Made by a program: the position numbers and the translations under genes | Assembly (NCBI GenBank): GCA_015061625.1 | Contig: SUWG01000008.1 | Location: 11,298 to 75,297, forward strand | Direction of reading: 5' to 3' | DNA length: 64,000 nt | Source: Lentisphaerota bacterium | GTDB taxonomy: Bacteria; Verrucomicrobiota; Lentisphaeria; Victivallales; Victivallaceae | Shown: piece after piece, positions 62,633 to 64,000 of the stretch | Numbering within the stretch: position 1 is the stretch's first letter | Layout: each line of letters starts with the position of its first letter | The notes under the pieces: generated by a model | The model's database searches: none | Seen by the model: only the letters and a program-made list of their open reading frames with translations | What the model was told of the DNA's origin: nothing

Positions 62633-62661
62633 AATGTATCGCAGGAGAATTTCTATGTCAA
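62633..62661 (-). promoter_or_regulatory. Possible sigma70 promoter for paralog B
   Basis: Minus strand: TTGACA (62661..62656), 17-nt spacer, TACATT (62638..62633), within the 63-bp gap after the DUF4091 stop. Confidence 0.5.
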
Positions 62662-62665
62662 GAGT

Positions 62666-64000
62666 TTATCTGGATAAATTGAGCAGATTTTGGCGCAGTT
62701 GCCGGATCGCCGCCGGATTGTTCCACGCTTCGATCAGCAGATCATCCAGCGCAGGGCGGTGAGTGCGGGCAATGGAAAGGAGCAATTCGGCATCTTCCAT
62801 ACCGGCTTTGAAAAGCATCAGACGCAATGTCGGCATCGCCAGACGTGAACCGGGTGCGGGAGGATAGATCAGGAAACCGTCACCGAGCATATCGTGATTT
62901 CCGGTGGGGCGGCGGTAACCTTGAAACTCCTGCGCCGGGAAGTTGGCAAATTGAGCCGGAGTATAACGGTTGAGTGACCAGAAAAGAAATCCCTGCGCTC
63001 CGGCATTGACACCGTAAAGCGCAAAGAGCCGGTTGCGGATGGGATTTTCCAGCAAGGTCAGACCGAAGTCACTGCATCCGTAATACCAGAACATCTGTTC
63101 TTTGGCGCGGTAAGCATCATATTGTTCCCGGTTTTTGCCTTTCCCGGCATCGACGGCGGGCATGGTCGGACACATGATCACACTCAAATAGTCCGGGGCG
63201 ATCTTGCCTCTGGTGATCAAAACCGGCAGCCGGTAACTGTAAAGCTGCATCAGAGGATAGATGACCGGCAGAATATCTTTTTCCGCTTTGGCATTGGCTT
63301 CATCCCAGAGTTGGATATAGGCGTAAGGTTGCCAGCGGCGTTGTTCGACTGCTTGAGTGACGGCGGCAAGATAGGCGTGGAATATCTGCTGACGGTGCGC
63401 AGTTACACTGCCTGGGGTCTGGCGGGCAAAGTCGGCATCGGATTCGCCGGGAATCCGGGTGGTGCGGGGCAGATTGTAGAAATATTTGCCGAACCAGTGG
63501 GAGTCACCGGCCTGCATCGCATTGCCGCCGTGATTCATAACATAATCGTAAAAGGCGAGCAGATTGCTGATATCCACGGAGTAGCTGCCGTTGCTGTCAC
63601 GCTGGACAGTAAATGCCCGGAAAGCATTGTTTTCATCCGCCAGCACGGGGGTGACTCTGGCCCGCAAAGCGGCATCCAGATAAGGGGTCAATTCGGCGAG
63701 TGTCACCGGGCCGGAAGCACCGTTTTGCCGGGGAACGCGGTTGGGGAATATCCAGAAACTGGTGCGCAGAGCGGGTCTTTCGGGCATGGTGAACCGGGCG
63801 ATGGTCAAGGTGATATCGATTTTCTGATTGCCGATGTTGATTTGGCCGCGGTAAGTACCGGGGATGGCGTTGCGGCTGACGGCCAATTCGGCAAAGATGG
63901 CGGAAGTTTGATCTTTTTCCAGAGTTATGGAACCGTTTTCCACCGGGCAGAGGATATCCGGAATACGGTCGGCAAGTTTATCCGGCGTGATCCCGGTCGG
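62666..64000 (-). CDS. DUF4091-domain glycoside-hydrolase-like protein, C-terminal part (gene start lies beyond the right edge)
   Basis: 'GDGFLIYPPAPGSRLAMPTLRLMLFKAGMEDAELL' is the DUF4091 signature. Track start 63943 is a GTG, and the frame stays open to nt 64000 (PTGITPDKLADRIPDILCP-VENGS...). Confidence 0.7.
   Translation of the reverse strand, partial: PTGITPDKLADRIPDILCPVENGSITLEKDQTSAIFAELAVSRNAIPGTYRGQINIGNQKIDITLTIARFTMPERPALRTSFWIFPNRVPRQNGASGPVTLAELTPYLDAALRARVTPVLADENNAFRAFTVQRDSNGSYSVDISNLLAFYDYVMNHGGNAMQAGDSHWFGKYFYNLPRTTRIPGESDADFARQTPGSVTAHRQQIFHAYLAAVTQAVEQRRWQPYAYIQLWDEANAKAEKDILPVIYPLMQLYSYRLPVLITRGKIAPDYLSVIMCPTMPAVDAGKGKNREQYDAYRAKEQMFWYYGCSDFGLTLLENPIRNRLFALYGVNAGAQGFLFWSLNRYTPAQFANFPAQEFQGYRRPTGNHDMLGDGFLIYPPAPGSRLAMPTLRLMLFKAGMEDAELLLSIARTHRPALDDLLIEAWNNPAAIRQLRQNLLNLSR

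Noticed and set aside
1-64000. Searched for defence or mobile systems (restriction-modification, toxin-antitoxin pairs, retrons or DGRs, CRISPR-Cas, transposases)
   Set aside because: No reverse transcriptase, nuclease/methylase pair, small adjacent TA-like ORF pair, cas gene or transposase motif was recognisable in any frame. Absence is judged by eye only and should be confirmed with HMM tools such as DefenseFinder, PADLOC or ISEScan.

Overview
Gene-dense 64-kb chromosomal window with about 47 protein genes and two tRNAs (tRNA-Asn GTT on the plus strand, tRNA-Asp GTC on the minus strand). I could not recognise any rRNA, CRISPR array, transposase, integrase, reverse transcriptase or phage gene. 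All family names come from motif recognition by eye, since no BLAST or HMM could be run. Two pseudopilin-like genes with the leader '[32 protein letters not shown]' and an H-X9-DG-type C-terminus, plus many secreted glycoside-hydrolase-like genes, suggest a PVC-superphylum bacterium (Lentisphaerota, Kiritimatiellota or Verrucomicrobiota-like). That lineage call is inference only. Housekeeping genes: nadB, pcnB, serS, an rpiB-glyA fusion, type III glutamine synthetase, tail-specific protease, a dGTPase-like gene, class I fumarate hydratase, an ABC-F ATPase and an FKBP isomerase. Glycan-related genes: a BNR sialidase-like gene, DUF4434-like, GHL10, GH172/DUF2961, two DUF4091 genes, CBM-like secreted proteins, and AraC and GntR regulators. 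The best candidate for an undescribed system is a translationally coupled pair at 6474-9181. It combines an ExbB/TolQ/MotA-type channel protein with a protein that has a MotB/TolR-like Asp-containing TM helix, a ~400-aa Ala/Arg/Glu coiled coil and a C-terminal beta-rich domain. A membrane Ser/Thr kinase follows. This looks like an uncharacterised stator-type (5:2 motor-like) module, but it rests on short motifs. Other notable signals: a 113-bp x 3.3 GC-rich hairpin-rich tandem array beside tRNA-Asn; 171-bp direct repeats bracketing a GH172+AraC cassette, which give the AraC gene a GNAT-derived tail; a family of three near-identical terminator hairpins; a tandem pair of mosaic paralogs; and several unusual domain fusions (RpiB-GlyA, MlaA-alpha/beta hydrolase, CPA2-EIIA). 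The ORF track uses GTG/TTG as well as ATG starts, so several starts were moved to the first ATG with a Shine-Dalgarno-like sequence.
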